Shown: positions 14,300 to 26,284, counted from the first letter of the whole stretch. The stretch: DNA of 61,725 nt, filler included, from Hausera hauseri (GCA_046269625.1; 9 parts of 9 records of this genome joined end to end with filler, not necessarily neighbours in it); one strand, 5' to 3'. Numbers and translations: made by a program. Notes: generated by a model from the letters alone, not told the origin.

Positions 14300-16250
14300 G
14301 AATTGATTTATTCCAATAGACCCAAGAACCTGGGAAGGTGGTGATTGAATCTGAGTTGAAGAATTCGATGAATTGTCTGTATGGGTCAATGCAGCAGCAG
14401 AAGTGAGAATAGTATTTACCCCATGAATAATAGTTGTCTGGGATTTGGAAAGTTTTAGAAGCATTGGTCGAGAAATTTTGATGAAACATTTCAAAGGAGA
14501 TTGCATAATTCCAAAGGAATACAGATATTGCCTTTGACAAAGCAGATTAAATGACTTTTGCATCCAAGGATAAAGAGTGTCGAACAGTCGTCCATAACTC
14601 ATGGACCACTGATACGAATTTTTCGACAATCTCGATGGCCATCGTTTCATGACCATTCCTTTTATTAATGCCAAACACATTACGAATTCGCTTTCGGGCA
14701 CCATTGATACATCGGGTACAGTAAACAGATTATTCAAACGTTCTCCAACGGAACTTAATAAATGTAAATAAATGTTCAATTGTGATTCACTTTTGCATGC
14801 TGCTACAAAATGTGAGAACGTTTCCTCATCAAGCAAACTACATGGATGTTTAATAAACACGATACGTTGTGTCCATATAATGGCTTTCATAACAGTAATA
14901 TCTTGATTCCATTTCATTATACAGGCATTGAGGATATGCTGACGACAATAATTGGCGGAATTGTGTTTGAAAAAAATGCAAAACACAACAAAATCAGACA
15001 ATTCTGGATTGTCACTGTCATAAAAAAATTGAAGATATCCGAGAGTCCATTGATTAAGCAACCAGACTAGACCACCGACCAGCTGAACACTTTCATAGCA
15101 TTGTACATAGAATCCCAGACCACGTAACGTAAAGTAAAACAGTCTTATAATATCATCACAATAGTTAAGATCAACTTCAAATGAATAAAGAAATTTATCA
15201 AAGTTATTCTCCATTTCATTAGCACAATTAATCAACAAATTTTGGTAATGCTTAACGATATGATCAGAATCATCAATATTATTCGACTCCATCATAATTT
15301 TAAGTTGTTCACGGCTATGTTCATAAATAAGTCGAAGATAAAAAAAATTCACATGTTTGGCGTAAATCAGTCGAATTTGCGTTATTGGATCATTCGTTAT
15401 GTTGAATATAACATGGCCGACAATTGACGCAATCCAATGTAGATCTTCAAGGAGCTTCTCCAGAAGTAACAATCTTGAATGGAGATGATGATTCAGGTGT
15501 CTTAGCGAATCGGGAGGACATTGTAAGCCAGAAAGTCCACAGGCATACAAGACCCCTTCAAATGCCTTTTCATCGTCCTCCTCCAAATTGAAATCCAAAT
15601 CGTCGTCGTCCGATTCGACAATAACAATACCGCATTCAGCAGTTACATTTCGAAATCCATCCTGTGATGCCAAATGGGAACTTACAAAATGCTGAAGCAG
15701 TTTCCGATGGCATTGCTGTGAAATACGACTTAGTTCATGAAAAATCATTGTTTCCCATTCGGATCTGGACATAAAATTGAGATCGATTCCCGATGACAAT
15801 TTAATGGAATATTGCAGAATTTCTTCATAATTCATAAACGACACAAATCTTGAAAGAACTCTTTCGGTAGTTTCCATGTAAATTGTATTAGATTTCGAAA
15901 TGTTTTCAGAGGCTGCTCCATCAATACACTTCACACAGAAAGAGGCATAGAATTTAATAAACCGTCCCATTTTATCAACAACAAAACAGGCATATTCATT
16001 AGGAACATTTCGGGAGAAATTTTTAATTGCACTCAGCTCAATTTCCTCGTTATTCACCTCAATTGTGAGACCATCAATCCGTATACTACTATTTAAATGT
16101 TCCTGCAGTTGGTAAATAATATCAGCCAGTAGAGGCAATTTGTAGTCATAGAGATCCTTGGTTATCGTCCACTGATAATTTGACGAATTACCGTTCCTGT
16201 CAAAATAATTGCACATAATGTCAATAAATCCAAAGCTGAAATCAATCTGA
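14300..16250 (-). CDS. XPO4: Exportin-4-like segment (C-terminal half of the 1444-aa ORF)
   Basis: HFVSSHLASQDGFRNVTA...EEDDEKAFEGVLYACG...LLEDLHWIASIVGHVI resembles exportin-4 (HLAAPDGTRNLTA...EDDRDQFSDQLASVG...LYEDIHWLILVTGY). Boundaries are approximate. Confidence 0.7.
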
Positions 16251-16259
16251 GAAAATTGG

Positions 16260-19200
16260 TAGCAATTTCTGATATGTTCCGAATCCAAAAATAGACTATC
16301 ACTAAACTTAATATCTTTAAACTGGGCACTTAAATCTAAAGCAATATCGTCGAGCTTCCGTTGGGTTCGAATAATTATGCTCCGATGAGGAAGATCGGTT
16401 ATGAACTTGGGAAATACTTTACCAAGGTAAAAAATGATGTAGAAATTCGGTTCCCATCTGTCTTCAAACATGATCTTTTTCAAAAGCTCAGACATATGGT
16501 GATGAGCTTCACTCAGTTTGACGAAATCGATAACGAAATTCGTGTAGTCATTGATTAGTTCTTTGCAAACATCGACACCCTGTTCCCAATCTTCCTTTTC
16601 AAAGTGCTTTAAACTATCTTCAAGTAACTTAGCCTTCAGCTGATAAGGAGCATAACCCATTTCCGTTTCGTTTTTCGCTTTGGTATGTATAAGCATCAAT
16701 TTGAACAGATACCGTCCAATAATATCGGATCGGCCCATTTCTTTGTAAAATTTTCGTAAATTATTAATAACAATCATTCCATTAATGGGAGAATTATTAC
16801 TAAGATGAAGTGAACATTCCTCAATATTATTCATCTGAATGATAATATTTTTCACCAACTGAGCATCTTTCTGAAACTGATTATTGCTATTCAAAACTTG
16901 TTTCAAAGCCCTTGTCATTTCCTCACAATAACTTGAATCAGCCTTTTCCATAGCCTGATCAATTTGCGTAATTAATTCAGTTCGTTTATTGTTCGGATCA
17001 AGATGAACAATGTCAAACATACATTCGACTGCCAAAGGTCGAATACGATAGTTTTGGATCGTTGTCATTTTTGCAAAGATTGTGAAAAATGTTTGAGAAA
17101 AGTTATTCTTCAGAACATCGAGATCGTGCCATATTTCTGTAATACGCAATGCACCGTGCAGTCGAACATCTCCATTGTATCGCCGTGCATTTTCCATGAT
17201 TCGAAGTGCTGCGTAACCAGGTAATGAATCTAATTTTAGCCACGGTTGAATTATGATCGTGCAGATTGTTTCAACTTCTTTAATGACTAATTTTATCTGT
17301 AAATTTTCTGATGGATGGCAACAACACAAACGTGCTTGGTTGGCCTTTTTAAGATGAATCAAATTCCGTAAGTAGTATGGTTTAATTATAACAGCATGTA
17401 GTTGAGACAACGTGTTCAGAAACTGATTACTCTGTGAAAACAACATCTCAATCCATGGTTGATTCATATACTTAGAAAACGGAGAAAGAACAGAAACCAT
17501 ATACGATGACTGTCTCGTTAAACTATCGGCTAATGACGACATTTCCTCATCTTCGCAGGTTGAATCGGGAAAGACCGGTCGTACCTGTACGTTATTAATG
17601 AGACAAAATAATTCGAACACCAAATCATAATTATTCGTCATTCGTTGAGCCTTACAAAAAAGACAACTGTCCGTTTGGTCCTCGATGACCTTCTCCCATA
17701 ATTTTGCATTCATATGGGATAGACCGGTCAATACGACCGTGATTAGAATCATTAATGGCTTATGTAAAAGTTTCGAAGATGCCTCGTCTCTTGATAGAAA
17801 ATCGAAAATATTGCAAACAAACTCGATACAACTCCGCAACAGATTTTGTTCAATTAGCAATTCATAAATCATTTCATCAGCGTATTCTCGACTGGACGTT
17901 AGCCATGACCTTTCATGGATCTGAATAAACTCTAGCATTTTTTCACAGATGTTATCCATTAAATGATCTAAATCCAGATCACGGCCTTGAAAAATCTCCA
18001 AATCTGGGTTATTTCGATTTAATTGATACCGAAACAAATCGATAATATTTTTTGTTGTTTCTTCCAAAATAATTCGCCGACAAACACGATCAAGAAAAAT
18101 ACTCGATTTCATAGTGTCCATTATCAAATCAGATTTTGCCAATGGGTTCAAATCACTCGATGCTTTCAATAGATTGTTCACCAAACTAGCCATTCCATCT
18201 ATTTGACAAACTGGCAACAAAGCATGAATGATTGGACCAGCCTTTTTAAGAACCATTCGCCGTAGAATTGCATTTCCTTTTGTCAACTCGTTTGAACTGG
18301 CTGTGTTCTAATTTCTCTAAATAATTGTCCGTGAAAATGTTGAAATCATTTGATTTGTCAAACCCAGCTGTAATCTGTTGCTCAGAATTTTGAAATGATT
18401 TGACGACAATTTTTATGAACCAATCTGACGCATGCATGTAGTTCAGATCCTTTTTCGTATTTCGTTCGGTAAGCTCTTTGAGAATTTGTTCATGAACATT
18501 GAAATGCATCGTTTCATAAATGAAACGATTCAATTGTGCCTCGTAGTCTGGTAAATTCTTTACGGCATTGAACATTTCTTCCAGTAATGAAAAAATATTT
18601 TTCCCCAAATACGATGTTTTCGTAAGCCTTTGCAATAATTCCAAACTGGCCTCCAATATTTTTAATGCAAACTTTTCAACTTGTTAACATCGATATTTTT
18701 GATGATATTTCCTTTTTTTCCAAATATTGAATCAATTTCCTGTCAACCCCATTGCAACAAATTCCAGCCAGTAATTCATCAAACGTATATTCATTCGAAC
18801 ATAACAGAGTCTGGATATAAAGAACATTCCTGTATTTAGATGCTTTCGGAGGCCTTCTACCAACGGTATCATTCGTTTCCACGCTCCCTTCATTCGTTTG
18901 AGCAAGATAGTCACCCGTTTTGATTTTTGCTTCATCCGTCTTAAAAACTGTCAATTCATATGACTTTTCGAGATCCGTATTGCTGACGATCACATTCGAC
19001 TAGTTTTTGGGAAACAATTTCAAATATGCAACACCGAAATTCTGACTTTTGTTGTTAAGAGATTTGTGATGAATCAGAAATCGAAGGTGTGTCGATGAGG
19101 GAAACTCTTCCAGTTGGTTATACAATGAAATGCAAAATGTCTCACTCCATTTTGGTTTGGAATTGTGATAGTAGATTGTAGATTTGTATTCTTTGAATTC

Positions 19201-19751
19201 TCGCCAGTCATTTCGCGGCAGATGAACCACATTTCCATTTCTATCTCCGAGAGAAACTTCCACTTCACAGTTGGGATCACTTTTCTTTACTCCCCTATCA
19301 GTGTCTAAACGCACCTGAGTTACATATAAACAGTTGCGATTTGTTCGTATCGGTGGTGGATAGTAGGGATTTAGTCCCAAAATTACGATGTTACGATCAG
19401 TGATATCATCGGGTTTGATAACTTTAAGCTGGAAGTTTATAGAATTCTGACAATTGCCTCGGCTTGTTGAACGGTAGTTGGTAATTATATTATTTGTTAA
19501 TGTTTCAAGCGCTTCTTTCTTTGTGGTCATTTGAATTTCAATTGTTTTCTCACCCCTTGTGATTCATTAATGATACTTATTATTTCCGATACGGCAACAC
19601 CTTTTGGTCGTCGGTAATCAACCGAAACATCTTTGGCCTTTTCAACATCTATGGGTCTAATATGAATGAATTGAAATACGAAAAAAATTTTCTGCTTTTG
19701 AACGAAGGGAATATCTTTTGATACTGTCCTTAACAGGACTTTTGAATCCAT
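16260..19751 (-). CDS. DOCK-A/B family Rac GEF (DHR-1 C2 domain, ARM region, first part of DHR-2); intronless, interrupted by one stop and frameshifts
   Basis: DHR-1: EYKSTIYYHNSKPKWSETF...HLRFLIHHKS...NFGVAYLKL. DHR-2 lobe A: FYKEMGRSDIIGRYLFKL...WEQGVDVCKEL...EPNFYIIFYLGKVFPKFI. Spread over ORFs 19527-19751, 19000-19530, 18676-18993, 18246-18656 and 13952-18286. Confidence 0.85.
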
Positions 19752-20527
19752 TATTTCAAATTTGTATTTATATCAAATCCAATTTATCAATTTTTTAATT
19801 CATTTTACTACCATAGTAGTTATTATATTAGTCTATCGACCGACTGCGCATTACCTCGATTGAACTCGCTGACTCATAGATTTCTACTGCTGTTCATTTC
19901 CTTTCCCATCATGATTCATTGCGGCAAATTGATCAGGACAGATTGTATTTGATTTTTTTAGTGGGTTACATACATTAATTGGAGTGGATTTTGATGGATG
20001 ATTTTTGTGATAAACAATTTTCTTTGGTACATAACTGTAGAATTGTTTTTCTTTATATATTGGCAATTGATTGGGTAGTTTTGATTTGCTTCACCTGGTC
20101 AAATTTGGGGTTAACTTTTTGATACTGTTATGCAAATTTATTGCAATGATTTTTTACAGATATAATTAACTGAATGACTTGATTTTGTTTAACAACAATT
20201 ATGTATGATTATATAAATCGCTATTAAATATTTCTAATTATCATTCTACATTTGATCGACGATCTGAATATCATGGGCATAAACAAGGTCAGGGTAATTT
20301 GCTGATGAAAAATTGACATTGCACGNNNNNNNNNNNNNNNNNNNNNNNNNNNNNNNNNNNNNNNNNNNNTTAATTAATTAANNNNNNNNNNNNNNNNNNN
20401 NNNNNNNNNNNNNNNNNNNNNNNNNAGCCTATTGCGTCAGAAGAAGTGGCGCCATTCGTCCTAGGCTGTCTTAACCGATTCATTTTTTCGTTAAGGTCTG
20501 TTGGTGAATTTTGATTGTCTTAATTGG

Positions 20528-21028
20528 TTACTGGGTTGTCTCCAAGTTATAGCTGTGGTAGGGTTTTATCCTAACAATGCGTGTATAGCTTCCGTCAGAG
20601 TAATACTTCAATTCTGTAGCTTCAGCCCGACATACTGGACACGTTGTTTTCCCGTTGTCGAGTGTCCATTTCTCTAGACAGTCTCCGCAATATTTGTGAC
20701 GGCAGTTATTGTTATCTAGTATTACATATCCTTGTCTCAAATTTGCATCACATACGGGACATCCACTATCTTCTTTATCCCAATCTTCTCTATCTAAATC
20801 GACCTGAATAATCAGTTTGATGGGTTCAAATACAAGGCCATCTCCGTCTTGGTATAAGTATCCGTGAATTACCTTCTGTTTAAGGTTTATTGAACTTTTA
20901 CGCGGGTCACAATATACCTGAATCAGGGTCCAGTCCTCTATGAAATCCTTATCTAGATCAGGAATCCTTCCTTCTATTTTATATTTCTGATATTGTTTCT
21001 TCAGCAATATTCGGATTTGCTTGTCCAC
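20528..21028 (-). CDS. C3HC4 RING-finger protein (putative E3 ligase), retroelement-associated
   Basis: CPVC-x14-CRHKYCGDC-x12-CPVC. Confidence 0.85.
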   Translation of the reverse strand: MDKQIRILLKKQYQKYKIEGRIPDLDKDFIEDWTLIQVYCDPRKSSINLKQKVIHGYLYQDGDGLVFEPIKLIIQVDLDREDWDKEDSGCPVCDANLRQGYVILDNNNCRHKYCGDCLEKWTLDNGKTTCPVCRAEATELKYYSDGSYTRIVRIKPYHSYNLETTQ

Positions 21029-21168
21029 GGGAACTATTATCTTCCCTGTCCTTTTTGATCGAAAAATTGACGTAAGGTAGGTTCCAAGTTTAGTATTTTC
21101 CTATACATAGGTGTTTTCAAATACCTCTCTAGCCGGGGCAAGTTTGATGAAAAACATTGCTTTCTTTA

Positions 21169-21447
21169 TTATCTTTTACTGTAATATTCGGTAGTTATCA
21201 ACATTCTGGGAAAATCTTGGACTGTTTTATAGTGTACGTCTTCTTTATTTCTTTTTCCTATTAGGGCATTGATTTCCGTTATTATGGGATTCCTAATTCC
21301 CTTTTTTAACGGTTCTATATTCTGAGAAGTACTTGGTTGATTTTGTTGGTTTCCTGCCTTTTTTCCTTCATCTGTCTTATGCTTTTTGAATAAATAATTG
21401 TAGATGGATAATGTTTTCCTAGGTTGTGGTTCCTCTTCCAATTTCAT
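21169..21447 (-). CDS. Hypothetical basic protein, possibly a fragment of a longer disrupted ORF
   Basis: Co-oriented and tightly packed between the exonuclease and RING ORFs, with the same A-rich coding bias. Confidence 0.35.
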   Translation of the reverse strand: MKLEEEPQPRKTLSIYNYLFKKHKTDEGKKAGNQQNQPSTSQNIEPLKKGIRNPIITEINALIGKRNKEDVHYKTVQDFPRMLITTEYYSKR

Positions 21448-21480
21448 CTTTTTAATTATTGTTTCTGGCCTTGTTTTTTT

Positions 21481-22362
21481 TCATTGTTCTTCTGGAGACC
21501 TTGATGTACCTTGCAACGTCTTCTTTTCCTCTCCGATTGTCCGTAATCCCGTTTTGCCTTCTGGTTTTGGTTCTGGTACTAAGATTTTTATACTATGATT
21601 GTCTGCTGATTGAACGGTTTGAATTGGGGAATAGGGTTTTATGTTTCTTCTATATTTACCATCTATTCGTTCAGGGTTTATGGAGCTACGTAAATTGTAT
21701 ACGGGATTTTTAGGGGTCCATTCATGTTCCCATTTTAACGTTATATAAATTTCTTGTAAATATTGAGATCGTTGGCTAGCCGTCAGAAGTCTTGGAATTT
21801 TACTTGGATTGTCGTTCATTGCTTCGACGGTTATTTTAATGAAGGCTTCTGGCGCGGTTGGTCGGTTTTTTCCTTGCACGGTTTTCTTCATTCGTTCTTG
21901 GACTACTGGATGAGTGGCTATTTCTCTAAGTCCGGCAATATTTGCATCGGATATCCCTAATAGCCCGATTTTTCTTTTGACGTTGTATCCTGCTATCATA
22001 CATCCGTAAAGGCGATGGTCTAGTTCCGAACGGACTTGTAGAATATCTTTTCCATTTATCAATTGATCTTTTCTTATACCGGTCACTTCCGCATGTGATT
22101 CCTGGACATGTTTCCGAGGGTTTATGATGGTTGAGTATAATTCAGTCCCATCTCTTTCTCGAATAGATACCTCGATCGGTATTCCATATCCATCGTCTCC
22201 TCTACCATAGTTTGTAGCCAGGATCCTTATGTTCCGACCGTCTTGGACCAACCTATACGATTGCAGATGTTCATCTTTTTCTGCCTCTGTTGGAGTTTGT
22301 TCGAATTGTAGAACTGGCAAGCCTAAGTTGCAGCTCTCTTTATAGGTCACTTCGAACATCAA
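21481..22362 (-). CDS. DEDDh (REX4/ISG20-like) exonuclease-fold protein with catalytic residues apparently lost
   Basis: EVSIRERDGTELYSTIINP...HAEVTGIRKDQLINGKDILQVRSEL...GCMIAGYNV matches the REX4/ISG20 core (RVSIVN..G..VYD.YVKP...TAVSGI.PE.L..G......V...L.G.ILVGH). Confidence 0.7.
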   Translation of the reverse strand: MMFEVTYKESCNLGLPVLQFEQTPTEAEKDEHLQSYRLVQDGRNIRILATNYGRGDDGYGIPIEVSIRERDGTELYSTIINPRKHVQESHAEVTGIRKDQLINGKDILQVRSELDHRLYGCMIAGYNVKRKIGLLGISDANIAGLREIATHPVVQERMKKTVQGKNRPTAPEAFIKITVEAMNDNPSKIPRLLTASQRSQYLQEIYITLKWEHEWTPKNPVYNLRSSINPERIDGKYRRNIKPYSPIQTVQSADNHSIKILVPEPKPEGKTGLRTIGEEKKTLQGTSRSPEEQ

Positions 22363-22427
22363 TTTAACAGGTTAGGCGGCTACTCGAAATTCTAATCCAT
22401 AGTCAATAGTTTCTAAGCCTTTTCCGC

Positions 22428-22808
22428 TTATTTTAAACGTGCTAAATCGGTATTGGCACCCTTCATTACAGTCCCATTGTTGGTTTTTATTTTGTAGTAA
22501 ACTTCACCATCTGCTAGATGGCTAAATATGTCTTCTATTTGGGTGACTTTACTCTGAATCATTTCTTTAAGTTCATATGGTCTGGCTTGATTGTTCTCAT
22601 GCATCGCATGTAAGAAAACTGTGCGGTTCTCTACGGTGATGCCTTTTAAGTCGTTGGGTATTTTATTTACTTTTCGGTATTTAACATGTGTTTCGGTCCT
22701 TAACGCGTCGTTTATTCTTCTGTATATGTCCTTTGATTTGGGGATATGAATGGTTCTGTATCTCTGTAGGAATTCGTCGATTCTAGGTCGACTGCTCGTA
22801 CTTACCAT
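22428..22808 (-). CDS. Hypothetical protein preceded by a strong splice acceptor
   Basis: 126-aa ORF. The minus strand reads TTGTTTTGTATTTTCTTTCAG|A ATG. Confidence 0.5.
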   Translation of the reverse strand: MVSTSSRPRIDEFLQRYRTIHIPKSKDIYRRINDALRTETHVKYRKVNKIPNDLKGITVENRTVFLHAMHENNQARPYELKEMIQSKVTQIEDIFSHLADGEVYYKIKTNNGTVMKGANTDLARLK

Positions 22809-22910
22809 TCTGAAAGAAAATACAAAACAAGGGTCAATCCTGAAACAAAGTATTGTTCGAAACTTGAACCAATTCTTTGTTTGATGGTGAAATAACCCTA
22901 TCTGTAGTTG

Positions 22911-23403
22911 TCAGGCTATTCCATCATTGATTCTGTTCTGTGGTATCATCACTCTTAGTTCCCTCTCGGTGATTTTATGACACTTAATACAACAGTTTTT
23001 AGTAATCAATCGACAAAACGCAATTATCATTATGAGAGCAAATACTGATGTTCCAATAATCGATGTTAATGACAACACTGTCCATTTAGTTAAATCTTCT
23101 ATTTTGGCGGTAGTCGTAATCTCATCCTCTGTTTTATCATCTGTCAGTGGTTTCGTTACAACAATCTCGTTCAAGGTTCGTATTGTGAACACTCTACCTT
23201 GTTTGTTCTCTGCACCCATTTGTATTATATAATTTGTTCTGGGTTTCAATCCGATACATTTGATTCGGTAACTGCCTTTTGGCAGTGTTACCTTCTGATT
23301 ATTGTGTAATGTTCGGCAGCTTATTTCTACTTCGTATTTGAGTGTTTCCTCCAAAATGAACGTTATTTCGCGTTGTTGTGCCTGATATTTTACAGGGATT
23401 ATT
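22911..23403 (-). CDS. Fibronectin type III-like domain + transmembrane helix + Cys-rich tail (5'-truncated type I membrane protein)
   Basis: YEVEISC...GLKPRTNYIIQMGAEN resembles the FN3 L.P.T.Y...V.A.N signature. Hydrophobic WTVLSLTSIIGTSVFALIMIIAFC is followed by RLITKNCCIKC. Confidence 0.65.
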
Positions 23404-25956
23404 CGCTTGTCAAAATTTTATTCATTTCGTCGAATGCTTTTTGTTCCACTTCTGTCCATCTCCACTTAGTTCCTTTTTTGAGTAAGCGATATAGTGGTGC
23501 GTTAATTTTTGAATTATCTGGTACGTAAGTGGCGTAATATCTACATAGGCCTAATCAACTCCTTTTGATTCTGTGGTTCCATACAATCGGATTTTTTATT
23601 TAGCAGAGATTTATCCGGTTTTGATCCTCCTTCTCCGACTATGTTTCCAAGGTACGATACTGCGTTCTGTGCCAATTTACATTTCTTTGGATTTAGTTTC
23701 AGTCCTGCTTGTTCTAATCTCATGAGTGTATTCTCAATATCTTTTAAGTGCTCTTCTTCTGTTTTTGATGCTATCATCACGTCGTCTAGGTATGCGAATG
23801 CATGATCAAGTACCATGAGCATCTTATTCCTCATTGTAGTAAAAATAGCTGGTCCTGTGGTGATGCCGAAAGGCAAAACATAAAATTCGTATACGCCATC
23901 GTGTGTTTTGAATGCCGTCTTATATCGATTTTCTTCTTCGATTTCCACTTGCCAGTATCCCGATTGTAAGTCGAGAGTGGTAAACCATTTTGCCCCTGAA
24001 AGTCTATCTAATGCCTCCTTTACTAATGATAGTGGAAACGAGTCTTTCATCATCGGCGTGTTCAATACCCGATAATCTATACAAAATTAATGTTTCGTGG
24101 TTCCTTTCTTTTTAACCATCAGTATGGGTGAGTACTATGATCGGTAACTTGGCCGAATTTTGTCGGCCTTTAACATTTGCTCTACTTCTTTAGTTATCTC
24201 CGGTCTCAATGAGTGAGGAGGCGGATACCACTTGGGTATTTTCTGTTCTTCTAGGTCGATTTCGTCATTTAAGCCCGGTTTCTTCCTCAATGGAATTGTT
24301 AATCTTAGAGCCTTTGCTCTACCTATGTCTTCTTCATTTTGCGCTATTATCGAGCGGAATTTACACAATAGTTCATAGAATTTGCAATACACTTTCGGAG
24401 AGAATTTGGTTTCAATATGAGGCGACAATTCAGCACACTTGTATGGTTCTGCTCTATTGTTTCTGCCGATACTCTGCAAGTGTGACCCAGAGTAGTGTTG
24501 GCGTGCAATCTTACGGGAATCGGTGCATTGTTCACTAATCTGATGGGTATTCGTCCCGTCACTACTCTACATAAAATGTTGCTAAACATGAGGTTTGGAT
24601 CAATATTGTCTTGAGGCTCAAAGTTTACTGGTAGATCATCATCTTGTGCTAAAATTATTATCTCGGTTCTGGGCGGAATGTTTTCATCTACTGGGATCCA
24701 TACTTCACCTGATTTTCTTTCCTTTATTACCTTTATCCCTTTTATTGGTTATAGTTCACTTAATTTTCCATTATACACATCGATTGCCATACCTCGTATC
24801 TGTTTCAATATATCGCAACCTAGTACTACATCGTTTGTCAACTGATTTATTATTGCAAATTTGTGTTGAAGTGCTTGACCCTTCATATAAACAGTAGGAG
24901 TCCATTTAAATTTTGGCTTCGATACTTGTCCGAATGCTCCTACGCTCCCTGGGTCCGATGATGCGGGCTGACAGCTGGTCTCGCAACGTGGTTGGTATAG
25001 ATTCATATTCTATAAACGATTTTTCTGATCCGGTATCGATTAATGCATACACGTCCCAATCTTCTGTGTGTATTTTAGTGAAAGGTCTCCCTTCTGCTAC
25101 TGTTCCGTAGCAATTTGACACTATCTTTGACCGTTTTATAGTACAGACTCTATATCCATTTATCCTTATTTCTGGCGATAAAATGATATCTTGCCTTAAT
25201 TGTCTTAATTCTCCATTCGGATGCAAGTCGTTGTTTGTTATTTCAGTAACGCGGCTATCAATGAACGCTTCCTGGGGTAGTGAACTCGAGATCGAACACA
25301 TTTTTGGGTTTTCTCAAATTGCTGATTTTGATTCTATGTGACGCGGTATTCATTTTGAGTACAATATTCCGTGGTGGTTTTCTGTTGGTCTCTGGTTGAT
25401 CACATTCATTTTCCGGAGTACTGCATATTGTTTTGTCTTTTCATAAGGATCCTCATAATTAATAGGCTTTTGATAGATTTCTGACCTACATGATACGATT
25501 GATTTGTGGTCGCAATATTCATATATTGGTGCTGTTGGAGGCATGATTGGCAATAGCGCATTAATCACTGAGTACATCTTGTGCATCCTCATTATAGAAC
25601 TCGCTTCTCCTTCCTTAGGCTTGTCGTTGTCTGAATCATTCGTCCGTGTTATTGTCTTCCTGTTTTTGCGTTTATACAGAATCGAAGGCTTCCCTCGTCG
25701 TTTGCGATTATAATACCCGACGTGACGTTCTACGTCATTTTCCATCGATTTTCTTCGTATGCTTTAAGCATCTTCCCAAAGGATGTGATGATCGCGGTCA
25801 AAATTTTCCAAGAGAATCCTGTCAATGTGAATATTTCATATCCGTTTATAATGGCTTGGATTACTGCTTTAAATAGTTAGACTAAAAAGTAGATGGCTAA
25901 AAATCCAGATGCGGCTTGTCCAAAAATTAAAAATCTTCCCCACATTTTATACAGTA
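23404..25956 (-). mobile_element. Ty3/Gypsy-type retroelement copy 1: glycoprotein C-terminus - linker - aspartic protease - RT; breaks off before RNase H; frameshifted
   Basis: Protease ALIDTGSE (~25040). RT KDSFPL..VKEALDRLSGAKWFTTLDLQSGYWQV, LPFGI, YLDD, LKLNPKKC. The end of the contig encodes FLIFGQAASGFLAI, identical to copy 2. Confidence 0.9.
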
Positions 25957-26077
25957 NNNNNNNNNNNNNNNNNNNNNNNNNNNNNNNNNNNNNNNNNNNN
26001 TTAATTAATTAANNNNNNNNNNNNNNNNNNNNNNNNNNNNNNNNNNNNNNNNNNNNACAAATAATATCGACAAAGAA

Positions 26078-26284
26078 TTGCTAGATTTGAGAGTAATTGA
26101 ACTGTCGAACTCCATGAACGATAATATCAGTAAAATAACCGATAATTTTCATCAGAAATTCGACGTAATCGTCAGCAATCCTCCATACGTTCCAACAAAT
26201 GAAATTCAGAATGTTGACTATCAAATTCGTCTGTATAAACCGATTGGAACCGATTGGATATTATTTATTAACCCGAAATACTAA
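26078..26284 (+). CDS. HemK/PrmC-family N5-glutamine methyltransferase fragment
   Basis: KFDVIVSNPPYVPTNEI...QIRLY (NPPY motif in HemK context). Located at the contig edge; downstream exons not seen. Confidence 0.65.
   Translation: MLDLRVIELSNSMNDNISKITDNFHQKFDVIVSNPPYVPTNEIQNVDYQIRLYKPIGTDWILFINPKY

Noticed and set aside
19000-19002. Stop-codon reassignment suggested by in-frame TAG in DOCK and TAA in Rep
   Set aside because: Such stops are too rare (a 1444-codon frame has none) and frameshifts co-occur, so mutation or sequencing error is more likely.
26078-26284. DNA adenine methyltransferase / restriction-modification gene (NPPY)
   Set aside because: The flanking residues fit HemK-type protein methyltransferases and the context is eukaryotic.
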